From the NCBI GenBank assembly GCA_009602735.1, contig WELA01003517.1, positions 87,141 through 151,140 on the forward strand: a DNA stretch of 64,000 nucleotides. The letters are read 5' to 3'. Shown here piece after piece: positions 25,901 through 39,468 of this stretch. Under the pieces are notes generated by a model that saw only the letters and a program-made list of their open reading frames with translations, did no database searches and was not told the origin of the DNA. Each line of letters opens with the position of its first letter. Position 1 is the stretch's first letter. A program made the translations under genes and the position numbers. Origin of the DNA: Mesotaenium endlicherianum. Lineage: Eukaryota.

Positions 25901-26720
25901 GAGAGCATATATTAACCAAAAACAAGATAATTGGGATGACCTGTTGCCTCAAATTCAGTTTGCGGTCAACAGTGCGGTGCACGCGTCAACGGGCAAGACT
26001 CCTTTTGAACTCAGCCTAGGTAGAGTCCCTAAGTCTCCTCTAGATGTGCTAGGGGAATCTTTAACTCGGCCTGAAGGGATTGACAACCTGGTCTCCCTCT
26101 AGTTAACTCAGGAGTTTGCTGACACCCTGTCAGAAGTCCAACGAAACTTGCACACGGCCCAAGAAAACCAACAAAAATACGCTAATCAACACCGTCGGGA
26201 ACTGACATTTTCCAAGGGGGATTTANGAAGGGCGATTTAGTCAAACTNNNNNNNNNNNNNNNNNNNNNATTTAGTCAAACTGCATTCTCAGCACCTGTAC
26301 CTCCCTGGTGTGGTCAAGAAAAAGCTTGGCCCTGTCTGGGTCGGTCCATATTCGGTGGTACGTCGTGTCGGTCAGAATGCTTACAAACTGAACATGTCAG
26401 CTGACTACAAGGGTCACCCGGTCTTTAATGTCTCCTTCTTGGAACCATACATCAAAGGTGATACACTGTTCACAGGGCGGTTACCTGTCCAATCGGGACC
26501 GGTCCCCGCTGTCCGACACGGCGATCCTGAGGAATATGAGGCCGAAGAGATTTTAGACGCTCGCTCGGTCCGTCGATCGTCTAAATATGTCATGAAGTAC
26601 CTCATCCGATGGAAGGGTTACGATGCCTCTGGGGACACTTGAGAATTTAATGGTCAGCTGATCAATGCCAAAGGGGCGTTGAAACGGTTCCACCTTTGGG
26701 CGGCTGGGGCACCTCCCTAA
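22844..26720 (+). pseudogene. pol: A2 pol (PR-RT-RH-IN-chromodomain) with premature stops and frameshifts
   Basis: [11 protein letters not shown] protease, [17 protein letters not shown] RNase H, ISMDWV/ISDRD/HPQTDGQ integrase, [17 protein letters not shown] chromodomain. Stops near 24479, 26100 and 26640. Confidence 0.92.
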
Positions 26721-27044
26721 CAGTCATTTCAGTTGACACGGGAAGGTGACAGGAGGTCCTGTCTCCATATAAGTTGGAGGGGGATGCGATAGTTAGTGAC
26801 AGTTGTGACAGGCAGCCCACCTTTAAATTTAAGTTGGAGAGAGTGGTATTCTCTGATCACCATATTACACACTCAACCTGCGCTCACACTCACTTGCTCT
26901 CCAACTCAATTTTCCCTTATATTCACTCACACCAGGTATTCCACACTAGGAACTCTTCCGATCGCGTTCCTCTTCATCAAGGGCACTCAGTAGCGGCAAA
27001 ATATCATGACTTCACTAACTGCATTGTGTTTATGATTGAGCAGG

Positions 27045-28736
27045 ATGACTCCCGAATCGGAACTCAAGAGGAAGAGAAGGGCGGAAGAGGCACATGCAGA
27101 ATACTTGCAATTCCGTGGAGACATCGAATCATCTTCCATCTCCGCTCGGGAATCACAACGACTCCAACAACAGCGGGAGGCACAGAAGAAGAAGGAGGAG
27201 GAGGAACAGGCCAGACTGAGGCAGGAAGAAATGGACAGAAAAGCTGCAGAGGAAGCCAAGGAAGCAGAGGAGGAGAGGCAAGCTGAGGAGAAGCGGAAGC
27301 AGCAGGCTGAAGAAGAAGAACAGAGGAGAATCAGCAGCAACCGCTACACGGTGCTGGGCAAGGGCTTTAATCTACTGGAGGAGGCCTTCAAGTATGCCCA
27401 GAGAAGTTGCAGTGAGTCGCAGAAGGAAATCCTCCAGAGGGAAGGGGAGACATCCGAAAACTTTGACAAGTATATAGAGGTCGGCACAGGGCTCCTCCTC
27501 TACCACGATTACGCCAGGATGGTAGGATATACGGTCAGAGAGGCCAAGGCAATGGCCCAGGTGAACGAAGCAGGGGCTGTCTCGATTCCTGGTATCTGGG
27601 GGGAAGATAGGGTCATCAGGATGATCCCCATGGACGCGGACAGCTTCAAGGACTCAACACCCCACAACAGGTTCAAGGCCATGTACAATGAGGTGGAGAG
27701 GAGGAGCTAGGAATTCTTGGCTAGGGAAACCAGTCAACTGGACTTTGCAGGGCACTGGTACCCTTGTACTCTTAAAAAGACAGACGCTGCCTTCTTCCAA
27801 AAGCCCACTGATTGGCGGTGGATGACCATCAACATGAGGGACCAGCAGAATGACAGGGCGACGGATGAGGATTTCCTGACAGACCTAAAGGGGAATATAG
27901 TATTGCCCCCTCACATTGCGGCTTGGGACCCAAGATTGGATGGAGTCAGAGACTGCATGAGCCAAGAGATGCAAGGGGACAGAAGCAGGGCCCGAGAGTC
28001 ATTCTCCAAAGGGAAGCACGCTTATGCCAAATGGGCAAGTAAGCACGGGGAAAAGGACCTCAATGCGGTGCGGACTCAGCAGCCCCCACCAGCACCCAAA
28101 AGGGGAAGGTCAGTAGGATATTCTTTTTCTCAGGAAGAGCTGGAGCAGCTGACAGAGGAGACCCCAGAAGTCTCAGAGGAACCCAGGGACGGCAAGGAGG
28201 AGGAGTCAGAGGAAGACGAGGAGGAAGGCGAGGAGGAGGACACTAGCCCCGCCGTGATCCTGACACCTGCCACATCCCCTGTAAGGGAGAAGACGGGGTT
28301 GGCCCTGCAGCAACTCGCTCAAGAGGAGGATATCACTTGGCTGGGAACTGCCAGAGGACACAGCCCATCTCCAGGCAAGGAGACCCAGTCAGACAGGGCA
28401 GACAGGAGGGCTGCTCGGGAGATAGCCAGAGGCCTGCCAGCATCTCCCTCGCAGAGANAGCCAGCATCTCCCTCGCAGAGAGGACATGTACCCTTGGCTC
28501 ATGTCATGCAACATCCATCTGGGATGCCGGTATACGTACCTGTCAGTTTGAGGGCTGCCCAGGAGAAGGCTGCCTCCCTTCAGTTTCAGACTGTGCAGGA
28601 GGAAACAGCCCAGTTACTGCGTTCTCCGCCGGGTCCTTACACGGAACCTCCTTCTCTGACAGGCTTCAGAAGACCCCAAGACAGGAGGAGGTCTGGCTCC
28701 CCTGAGTATAGAGCCTCAGGGACATCTCCCTCCTAA
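27045..28736 (+). pseudogene. A2 accessory ORF3 (type II), unknown function, one internal stop
   Basis: ATG at 27045 directly after CAG|G. ORFs 27036-27710 and 27717-28736 are in one frame, split by a TGG>TAG change. Block-wise homology to A3 ORF3. Confidence 0.8.
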
Positions 28737-28821
28737 GGGCAGCAGGCTGGGGATAAGAGGGACAGCATGCTGTTATTAGTGTTAGTGTTGTTGAGGCGAC
28801 AACATGATAAGTTGGAGGGAT

Positions 28822-29543
28822 TGTAATGAATCAGTATACCGGTTGACATAATATTCATTTAAATAACATAGCTAAATAAGTTCAGCCTGCTGAACTCTAG
28901 TTAACAATCAGTCTGCTGGACTTTATACTTAATATCAGTTTAATGACTCAGGCCGGAAGTAGCAGGCTGAGGTCACCTTAAGTAAGCTTGCTGACACATT
29001 CTTTGACAGCCAGCTGACTTCCGTACTCGGTAGCAGCGAACTGCCTCGATATGCATCTAAGTGTGGTATGCTAGATGAATGGCCAGACGACATCCCTATG
29101 ATGGATGGCGATTTGGGATGATGGGAGATGGCGGTGGATTTGGTTAACCGAGGTCCTACCAACGTGGTTAACTCCCGGGTAGGCGGTGCCATCGCACTGA
29201 CCGTTGAACAATAAACTCATTCCATGTACATATGCTAGGCATTGCTCTCGAGTTCGGCATTCGGAAACGAGGCCAACTCTCTTGTACAGCTTACTGAGAG
29301 AGATCTGAATCCAAGGCGAGAAGCCATTGATATGCACTGTCTTCTAACCTTGCTTATGTATGAGTTTACTGATTGGCATTATTGATGCTAGTTTACTCGC
29401 ATTTGACTTACGAGTATTATTCACTGCTAGTGTGTTGTCCTTTGCCGTTAAACCAGTTAACGGAAAATACCATAAAGATTACTTGCTGATATAAAGATCT
29501 TTATTAATTGTTAATCGCCTATTTGGTAAGTCGATTCATTTCA
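28822..29543 (+). repeat. A2 3' LTR
   Basis: Follows the PPT and is followed by TSD CAGCA. Confidence 0.95.
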
Positions 29544-29548
29544 CAGCA

Positions 29549-32500
29549 GCTGGGTCACTACAAAAAGGAGTGTCCAATCAAGCACCTTCCAAAGGTCGAG
29601 AGAGAGGACCAGCCTTTAAAAGACAGCAACAGTCAGTAATCCAATCTACTGACTGTGAGGATGCTAGAGATAGTGAGTCGTCACTAGCTGCTCTCGTAGC
29701 AGGCATTATTGGTCCTGCTGAATTGGATTCACTATGCATGCTTGACAACCAGATAAAGGAGACCATCAGCAATATAGATCCCCAGAGAGTGCACTCTCTG
29801 GAGGATCTTGTACGACCTGATGTCCAACATTTCTTTGCTAAGTCGAGAGAACAATGCGAAAATCAGGAAAAGTCAGTCCCCCCTATTGTACTTCATTGCA
29901 TGATTGCAGGTAGGAAGGTGAGGGCATTTGTTGACGGAGAGGCGTCACATACTTTTATCCATAAGGACTTAGTTAAGCTGCTAAGGCTAACCACTGTCAC
30001 CCAAGGGAATAGACAAATATTCCTTGGAGATGCCTCAAGTATCCCGGGAGGAGTTATAACCAAGCCTATTGAGGTCCAGTTAGGTTCTGGCATTGCAGTT
30101 CTAACTGAAACGCTTACATTTGAGGTACTCAACACTGGCTTTTATGATCTCGTGCTGGGCAGGTCCTGGCTTAATAGACATCAAGCTGAAGTGTGTTGGA
30201 GCAGAGGTACAGTTAAAGTGAGAGGAGCCAGTGATGGGCAGACTGACTTGGCACCCACCAGTGCTCTTCCTCTTGTCCTGTGTGGATGGCAAATGAAGGA
30301 AAAGAAGAGGCTTCCAGAAGGATGCAAGTTGCTGAATGCAATGGAGTTCGTCAAAAGCTGGAACCAGAAGGAAGACAGAATGTTCTGTCTGCTGCTAAGA
30401 GAGGTACCTCCTCAACCCGAAGAAGTGGTTGAGAAAAAGGTGAGCCCTCCGGAGCACCCCACTGCTGCAGAAATGGTTGCTCAGTATAATGATGTTTTTT
30501 ATATGCCTCCAGGACTGCCCCCTAAGAGGGAAGTAGATCACAAGATTGATTCATTACCTGGGAGTCAGCCACCTTGGCAACGCACCTATGGCTTGTCTTA
30601 CGTGGATAGCGAAAAGTTAAAAACACAAATTGCAGAGTTGGAGGAAAATAGTCATATTTCCCCCAGTAAATAACCTTATGGCGCACCCATCCTATTTATT
30701 AAGAAAAAGGATGGAAGCATGCGGATGTGTGTGGATTACAGAGCTCTTAACAGAATTACAGTAAAGAACAAGTATGCTTTATCCAGAATCGAGGACTTGC
30801 TTGATACCCTGTCTCTTGCTAAAGTATTTAGTAAGATAGATCTCAAGATTGGTTATGATCAAATCAAAATTGCTGAGGGAGATCAACACAAGACTGCCTT
30901 CCGCACACGTTATGGACACTATGAGTTGAATGTGATGCCATTTGGACTGATTAATGCCCCTGCAAACTTCATGGGTGCTATAAATGACATTTTCAGGCCT
31001 TACTTGGATAAGTTTGTGCAAGTCTTCTTGGATGATATTTTAATTTTTTCTAAAGATGAAGCTCAGCATGCTGAGCACTTAAAGACAGTCATGGACACTG
31101 AGAAGAAATCAATTATATGCTAAAATGAGCAAGTGTGATTTCTTTTAGGAAAATATTGAATTCTTGGGCCACGTTGTCGGTAAGGAAGGCATCAGTGTGG
31201 ATCCTAAGAAAGTCCAGACCATAAGGGACTGGCTAGTACCACAGTCTGTCTCGGATGTTAGATCCTTTCTTCGGTTGGCTAACTATTACAGAAGATTCAT
31301 TGGAAACTATTCTACAAAGGCCAGCAAATTGACTGACCTTATTAAGAAAGACATAGAAATTGTGTGGGGAGAAGAGCAGCAAGCTGCCTTCCAGACTTTT
31401 AAAGATGCTCTTTATTCTGCCCCAATCTTAGCTGTGTATGACCCCAATAAACCTGTGGAGGTGGTTACTGATGCTTCAGACTTTGCCATGGGTGCTATTT
31501 TGTTGCAGCCTGCTGACAAAACCATACAGGATGGTAAGGTAAAGCAGGAGTGGCACCCTCTGCTGTATGAGTATGAATTTCAACTCAGCTGAAATTAACT
31601 ATTCCGTGCATGATGAAGAGCTGCTTTCTATCATTCATGTGCTCAAACAGTGGAGAGCATACTTATATGGTAAAGCTTTTAAGGTGATTACAGATCATTT
31701 AGCTCTGACTCACTTTCAGAAGAAGTCCAAGCTGTTGAGGAGGGAGAACCGCTGGAGCCAGATGCTGGAGCAGTTTCAAGTCCAGATTGACCCGCTGATG
31801 CACTCTTTAGAAGACCTGACTTGCAAGAAGGGAACTTTAGTCAGCATGCTGTAGATAAAGTCCATTGCGCACTCACTGCATTAAAGGTGAAAAAGTCCTT
31901 CCTCGAACAACTTAGGAAAGCCTATCTTTCTGACCCAACATGTGAGTCCAGCCCCACTGGTGGTGTGTGTCCTGCCACTGCACTCAAGTATAGGCTAAAG
32001 AGAGGGGTCTGGGTAACCGAAACCACTTCAGGCAGACTGAAACTGGTCATTCCCAATAACTTAGAAATAAGGTCACTCTTACTGAGTCAAGCACATGATA
32101 GTTTACTGGGTGGACATTTGGGGCAGGCCAAAAGTGTTGGCAAACTGGCAAAACAATATCACTGGGAGGGGTTACCTCGGGAGGTCTTGAAATATGTTAA
32201 GTCCTGTGATCAGTGTCAAAAGAATAAGTATAGGCACACACCAATTGGGGGGCTATTACAACCACTACCCAGCCCAGCTAGACGCTGGGAATCAATATCC
32301 ATGGACTGGGTGGTAACACTACCAAGAACCGCCAATGGGCATGACTCGATACTAGTAGTAGTGGATAAACTGACAAAAATGGTCATTTTCATCCCCACAA
32401 CTGTCAAAGTAACTGCCCTTTAAACTGCAAGATAGTTCTACAACCATGTAGTATGCCAACATGGGCTACTCTCTAATATTATCTCAGACAGAGACTCAAA

Positions 32501-33397
32501 ATTTACCTCTAAGTTCTGGAGAGCTTTAATGGGGTTAATGGGAGTCAAACAGCTGCTCAGCACAGCAAATCACCCTCAAATTGATGGGCAGACTGAACAA
32601 ACTAACCGGGTTTTGCAAGATTTGCTGAGAGCATATATTAACCAAAAACAGGATAATTGGGATGACCTGTTGCCTCAAATTCAGTTTGCGGTCAGCAGTG
32701 CGGTGCATGCGTCAACGAGAAAGACTCCTTATGAGCTCAGTCTGGGTAGAGTCCCTAAGTCTCCTTTAGATGTGCTAGGGGAGTCTTTAACTCATGCTGA
32801 GGGCATTGACAACCCAGTGTCTCTCCAGTTAACTTAGGAGTTTGCTGACACCTTGTCAGAAGTTCAACACAATCTGCACAAAGCCCAAGAAATTCAACAA
32901 AAATACGCTAATCAACACCGTCGAGAACGACATTTTCAAAGGGCGATTTGGTCAAACTGCATTCTCAACACCTGTACCTGCCTAGTGTGGTCAAGGAAAA
33001 GCTTGGTCTCGTCTGGGTCAGTCCATATTTGGTGGTGCGCCGTGTCGGTCAGAATGCTTACAAACTGAACATGTCAGTTGAATACAAGGGTCACCCAGTC
33101 TTTGATGTCTCCTTCCTGGAACCATACATCAAAGGTGACACACTGTTCACAGGTTGGTTACCCGTCCAACCGGGACCGGTCCCCGCTGTTAGGGATAGTG
33201 ACCCCGACGAATATGAGGTCGAGGAGATTTTAGACGCTCGCTCTGTCAGTCAATCATCTAAATATGTCATGAAGTACCTGGTCAGATGGAAGGGTTACGA
33301 TGCCTTTGGGGACACTCGGGAATTGAAGGACCATTTGACCAATGCCATAGGGGCGTTGAAACGGTTCCACCTTCGGGCGGCTGGGGCACCTCCATAA
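29549..33397 (+). pseudogene. pol: A1 gag end and pol (PR-RT-RH-IN-chromodomain), heavily disrupted
   Basis: Collinear with A3 pol, with many stops and frameshifts across ORF fragments 29570-33397. Confidence 0.92.
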
Positions 33398-33791
33398 CTG
33401 TCATTTCAGTTGACATGGGAAGGTGACAGGAGGTCCTGTCTCCATTTAAATTGGAGGGGAAATGTGCCAGTGAATGACAATTAGTGTGCGAGAAAGGGAC
33501 AGTTATTGACAGTAAAGTGTCAGCATGGTGACGGATGTGACAGCTAGAAATAAGCAAAGTTGGCGGAATAAGAAAAGGGACCAGCACATCAACAAATCAC
33601 TCAACTCACCCTGCACACAACATTCATCCGTTTATTCTTCATCGCACTACATTCTCGTTAACTCCTAGTAACCACCCTGTAAGGTAAACAAGAACATACC
33701 TGCCATCATAATACAAACTTACTTCTCTTCCTGCAACTCCTGTGACAAAGATTAAGATCCTACTAACTTGTGCCCTGGTTACATGTGCAGG

Positions 33792-35239
33792 ATGGCTCCC
33801 ACCACACAAAAGGAAGACAAAAAGCGCAAGGCAAAAGAAGCCAGGAGGACGATGGAGCAATACCGAAAAGAGTTGGCGGCGACGTCCCTCACCAGGAAAG
33901 AACAAGAAAGAGTTCGCAGACAACAAGAGGCGGCAGAAGAAGCACAGAGGAAGAAGGAGCAGGAGGCGGAAAATCTCAGGAAAGCTGAGGAGGAGAGACA
34001 GAAGAAACAACAAGAGGAAGCGGCGGCAGCAGAGGAGGAGAGAAGGTTGAAGCTGAGAAGCAGAAGAGCCTGGCCACTTACAGATATACTGTGGTGGGTA
34101 GCCAAATCTTTGATAACCTGAAGGGAGCATTGCTGGCAGCCCAGGAGATCAACAAGGTGGAACAAAAAACGATGTTACAGAGGCAAGGAGCAGAAGTCCT
34201 GGACAGGTATATTGAAACACACACTGGTGTGGTCCTCTACAAAGATTATGCCAAAATGGTGGGGTATACAGCAGAGCAGGCACGTTTTCTTGCAGATGAC
34301 TCGGAGGATAAGCCGGTACCAGTGGTTGGCATAGTAGGGAATCAGAGACTCATCGGGATGGTCAACATGCCGCCGGATAGCTTCAAGGATGCAATATTCT
34401 ACCTGACACTACTGCCAGCCTACAATGAAGTTGAGAGGAGGAGCTGGGAGTACTTGGCCAGGGAAACAGGACAGCAGATGTTCTCTCCCTACTAGTTCCC
34501 TTGTAAGCTGAAAAAGGTTGAGCATGGGCCATAGTATTACCAGCAGCCCACAGACTGGAGGTGGATGACCGTCACTAACAGGAAGCAGCAGTGTGATTGG
34601 GTCCACCCAGATGACTTCCATTATGGGCTGGACGGCTACCTCATCCTACCACCTCACATTGCCCCTTGGGACCCCAGGCTGAATGGATGCCTGAGTAATA
34701 TGAATGCTGAGACCAAGGAGCACAGGAGGAGGGGGAGAGACTATTTCTCTAAGGGGAAGCATGCCTTTGTCAAATGGGCGAAGAATGCAAGCCGGGTAGT
34801 TATCAGCAGGCTGAAGGCCAAGCAACCTCCAACTCGTCCTAAGAAAGGGCGGTCAGTAGATTTCTTCATGTCTACCCGGGAGCAGAATGACTTAGTGGAC
34901 GAGGCCCCTACTCGCTCTGAGGAGGAAGATGAGGAGGATGAGGAAGAAGAACAGGGTGGGGCAGAAGCATCAGGATCTGGTACTCAGGAGACCCAAAGGC
35001 AGGCAAAACAGGGACTCCTAGGGCGCCAAGATCAGGTGTATGGAATGTGATCCCTACTGTAGAGGCAACAGGACCCCGCCCTCGTTCTCCCAGCCCACCT
35101 GCCCAAGCAGGGAAAGAAGCTGATTTGACTGTTCTTGGCAGCAGAGAAAGGCTGAAATTCCCAGAGGACAGGGGTACCAGAAGAGGGACACGCGAAGTAG
35201 CCAGAGAAATGCTGGCCACCCCCTTCAGTCAGGGACATG
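33792..35239 (+). pseudogene. A1 accessory ORF3 (type I), disrupted; 3' end continues at 49816-49905
   Basis: MAPTTQKED... closely similar to A3 ORF3. Interrupted by element B. The tail RRPADRPRGLSRSRSRS resumes after 49815. Confidence 0.85.
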
Positions 35240-35600
35240 CATCGACATTACTAGAATATTCTACCTTAGACGCGCTAGGCTAAACCGAAACTTCTAGGTA
35301 AATCGACCTAGTCGGCACTCCGCGTCAGCCAAACTTACGTGAAGGTTCGAGTTCATTCTAACGGGCCAGATCGCTCGACGCTGTCGGTCAATCCGACAGT
35401 TGCGCTCACCGCGAATTAAGGACAGTTGTCAACCGACCTCAAAATTAATTAAACTTCGGAAATCTGTAACTCTCTTAATACTTGACCAAATTTGATGAAC
35501 TTTATATCAAAATGACCAAAACAATGCACTCTATACTATTATACAAAAAAACCACTTTCTTGAAACTCAAAAATGCACTTTATAAACCTATGACCTTACA
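35235..35600 (-). repeat. Family B 3' LTR, truncated
   Basis: Matches ~49448-49815 only; the rest is deleted. Confidence 0.88.
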
Positions 35601-38600
35601 TCATCCCCCTCCTCAAGATGCGACGTCCTCGACGCATTCTGCAGATAACGTCTCAACTTACTCTTACAATGGGTCAAGTTGGCCTCTGGCTCCCAAGTGT
35701 TGTTGTCCGCATGGTAGCCTTTCCACTTGACCAGATACTCTTGGACAAATCGCTGACCTCGTTTGACTCGTCGATCGCCGACAATCACCTCCACTTCATA
35801 CTCCAATACATCATCGATCTCGACCGGTGGTGGCGGTGTAGGTAGTCGCCCTGGATGTCCTTCATTCGGGTCAACGTATGGCCGCAGACAATTGACATGG
35901 AACACAACATGGATACGCCAGCCTGAAGGAAGTTCCAACTTGTAGGCCACTGGATTCACCTGCTTGAGCACTACAAAGGGACCTGTGAACCGTGCCCGCA
36001 GTTTCCTCTTGCCTGTGAAAGGTAGGTTCTCTGTGGACAAGAGTACTTTGTCGCCCACATGGAATGTCACTTCCCTCCTGTGCTTGTTAGCATGCTTGAC
36101 GTGCTCTTCCTATGCCTTCCGAATACACGTCTTTGCCATATGCCAAGTGTTGGCCATCTGCTCCATAAAAGCTTGTGTAGTAGGAACCTGAGTCTCCTTG
36201 GCCTTCTCCAACAAGATGTTCCCTGGATGATATACTTCTCGCCCATAAACCATAGCGAATGGTGACTGCTTGGTGGATCCCTGCATGCTGTTGTTGTAGG
36301 CAAACTCCAATCCTGGCAGCTTCTTGTCCCACTCTGAAGGGTCCTCCATAGTGAAACTCCTGAGCACCTCTTGCAGAGTTCTGTTGAGCCTCTCACTCTG
36401 CCCGTCTGTCTTAGGGTGATAGGAAGTGCTCATACTCAACTTGGTCCCTATCAAAGTAAACAATGACCGCCAAAAGTTGCTAGTAAACCTTGGATCCCGA
36501 TCTGAAACAATCACCTTTGGCAACCCATGTCGCCTGAATATATGATCAAAGAATAGCCGTGCCACATCCGCTGCCGTAGAAGTCTCCTTCATGGGAATGA
36601 AGTGAGCCATCTTGCTGAGCCTATCAGACACAACCCATACTGCATCGTGCCCTTGACCACTGCCTAGTAACGATGTGATGAAGTCCATAGCAATCTGCTC
36701 CCAAGGATACTCTGGAATAGGCAGGGGCTGCAATGTACCTCCCTTCTTTTGATTTGGTGTCTTGTTTCTCTGGCACGCATCACAACTCCTGATCCACTCC
36801 TCGATGTCCTTGTCCATTTTTCTCCAATAGTACACTCGCTTCAGCACGCTTGCCGTCTTCTCGCTTCCAAAGTGTCCAGCATATAAGCAATCATGATGCT
36901 CCGCAAGTAGTAAGTCTCGTAGCTCCTTGATGTCAAGTACCACCACTCTCTTGGAATCACCATAATACCATATGCCGTCCTCCTTCTGCATACTTGAGTT
37001 GGACTCAGCTGCTCCACCATCAGCAAACTCGGGGTCCTCCTCATAACCTCTTTAAAGCTTCTCCTTGAAGTCCATACTCTCCTTGATGACCGAGAAAGCT
37101 GCAAGGTCACACCTTCTGGATAAGGCATCTGTAGGGTTGATCTTCCCAGATAAATACTCAATCTTGTGGTCGAATTGTTGCAGAAACTCCATCCACCTTG
37201 CCTGTCTTGGTGTCAACGTTGGTTGCGTCATAAACTTCTCCAAGCTCTTGTGGTCGGTCTTGATGAACACCTTCCGGCCGTCCACATAACATCGCCAAAT
37301 CCTCAAAGCCTGGATAATAGCCAACATCTCTCGCTCGTGTGCTGCATAGTTCTGCTCCGCAGGACTCAACTTTCTGCTCTCATATGCCACAGGCTGCAAT
37401 CCTTTGCCTTGGTCCTGGAGAAGAAAAGCTCCCACTGCAAAATTTGATGCGTCCGTGATGATGGTGAAAGGAAGCTCTGGACTGGCAATTGCCAACACAG
37501 GTGCTTGTGTCAACAGCTCCTTAATCTTCTCGAAGGCTTGCTGCTCCTTGTCACCCCATAGCCACTTCTCCTGCTTCTTCAACATGTCCGTGAGCGGTGC
37601 ACACACCTTGGCAAATCCTTCAATGAAACGTCGGTAATAATTCGCCATGCCGAGGAAACTCCTGAGTTGATGAATATCAGCAGGTACCGGCCAATCTCTG
37701 ACTGCTTGCACCTTCTTCTGCTCCACCTTGACTCCTTCAGCTCCCACTATGTGTCCAAGAAACTCGACCTCCTTGAGACAGAAGTCGCACTTGCTCATCT
37801 TCCCATACAGCTTTTGATCTCTCAAGACCTCCAACACCTTCCTCAGATGCCCCACATGCTCCTCCAAGGTCTTCGAATAGATCAGGATGTCGTCCAAAAA
37901 TACCACCACAAACTGGTCCAAGTAGGGTCTGAAGATACTATTCTTGAGTCCCATGAATGTAGCAGGTGCATTAGTCAATCCAATAGGCATGACTGTGAAC
38001 TCAAACAAACCATAGCGAGTTCTGAAAGCAGTCTTCTGAACGTCTCCTTCCGCAATCCGTACCTGGTGATAGCCACTCCTCAAATCGATCTTCGAGAAAT
38101 ACTTCGCCCCGACAAGCCTGTCAATCAACTCGTCCACTCGTGGAAGTGGGTACCTGTTCTTGATAGTGACCTTGTTGAGTGCCCGGTAGTCAACACACAT
38201 CCTCATAGTCCCATCCTTCTTCTTCACAAATAAGACTGGCGCTGCAAATGGAGACTCGCTGGGTCGGATGAATCCCTTCTCCAATAACTCTGTCAGCTGC
38301 TTCTTCAACTCATCCAACTCTGCAAACGATTGTCGATAGGCGGATCTCACTGGTGGCTTGCTCCCCTGGTTCCAACTCGATCTTGTGCTCCATAGCTCTC
38401 TGTGGAGGTAATCCTGTAGGTAGCTCCTCAGGAAATATGTTCTTGAACTCCTCCAACAGCGCCTTAATTTGGGCAGGCATCTCAGCAAGCTTCTTCTCTT
38501 GAGCAGTTGGGCTCTGCTCCTTCTGAGCAAGGGGATCAGACACCACTACTTGCTCCTCCGGCGATGTACATTCGCCGAGGCTGTTAGGATTCACGCTTGC

Positions 38601-39230
38601 TCCATCTGATGACCTGGCCAGAGCCACCGAAACAAGGTACATCTCCTTCACCTGATTCGCCCTGCATAGCTTCTTAACTTGCAGGCTCGACAGAAGACAG
38701 TTACTTGTGGTCGTATCTACCTCCACCTGTTTCGCTGTCTCCATTCGACCATCACGCCCTTGGACCTTCACTTGTCCTGTACTCCAGTGCACTTGAGNTG
38801 TACTCCAGTGCAATTGAGGGTTGGCTTTTCTTAGCCATGGTCGGCCCAATATCACCTCATGGTGACCTAACTCTGCCTGCTCCATAACTTCAGTACTCCG
38901 GTGCCTCGCTACTTCCACGTGAATAGCTTCCGTAGGTGCACCACAATTGAGTCTCTGCCCATTCGCCAAAATTGCCTTCTTAGGCTCATAATGCTTTTGC
39001 ACAGGGATTCGCCACTCTTTCACCAGCTTCTTGTGCACAAAGTTTGCATTTGCGCCACTGTCGACCATACACTTCGCCTTGTTGCCGTCGACCACTCCTT
39101 CCACGATGATAGGCTTGTCAACATCTCGTCCTACGCTTCTCGGCAGGCTCCTGGGGATAACCTCCTTGTGAGTTCTCGTCTTCACGCCAGTAGACACCCC
39201 AGAACAACTTACTGGCGTCCTCCTTTTTCC
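35588..39230 (-). pseudogene. pol: Family B pol (PR-RT-RH-IN-chromodomain), frameshifted
   Basis: [43 protein letters not shown], chromodomain EYEVEVIV..YLVKWKGY..NTWEPEANL. The stop lies just inside the 3' LTR. Confidence 0.92.
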
Positions 39231-39468
39231 TGCTGTTGAGGTTGCTTTGCCTTCACATAACAGTCTCGAGCCATATGTCCAAGCTTGCCGCAATTATAGC
39301 AGGGTCCTCTCGGCTTAAAATTCTGCTGCCTGCGTTGGTACTGCACAAGTCCCAACTCCATAGGTACAGGACCTTGAACACTCGTGCTTGGCGCTTGAGA
39401 TCCAAAGGGTCGATAACCTCCAAAGTTGTGGCTGCCCCACTGCCTCTGACTATACTCCACAGCGTCGA

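Larger units (their letters stand above)
20635..29543 (+). mobile_element. Ty3/gypsy chromovirus, family A, copy A2
   Basis: LTRs 20635-21355 and 28822-29543. TSD CAGCA at 20630-20634 and 29544-29548. PBS TGGTATCGGAGC at 21357. PPT at 28809-28821. Confidence 0.95.
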
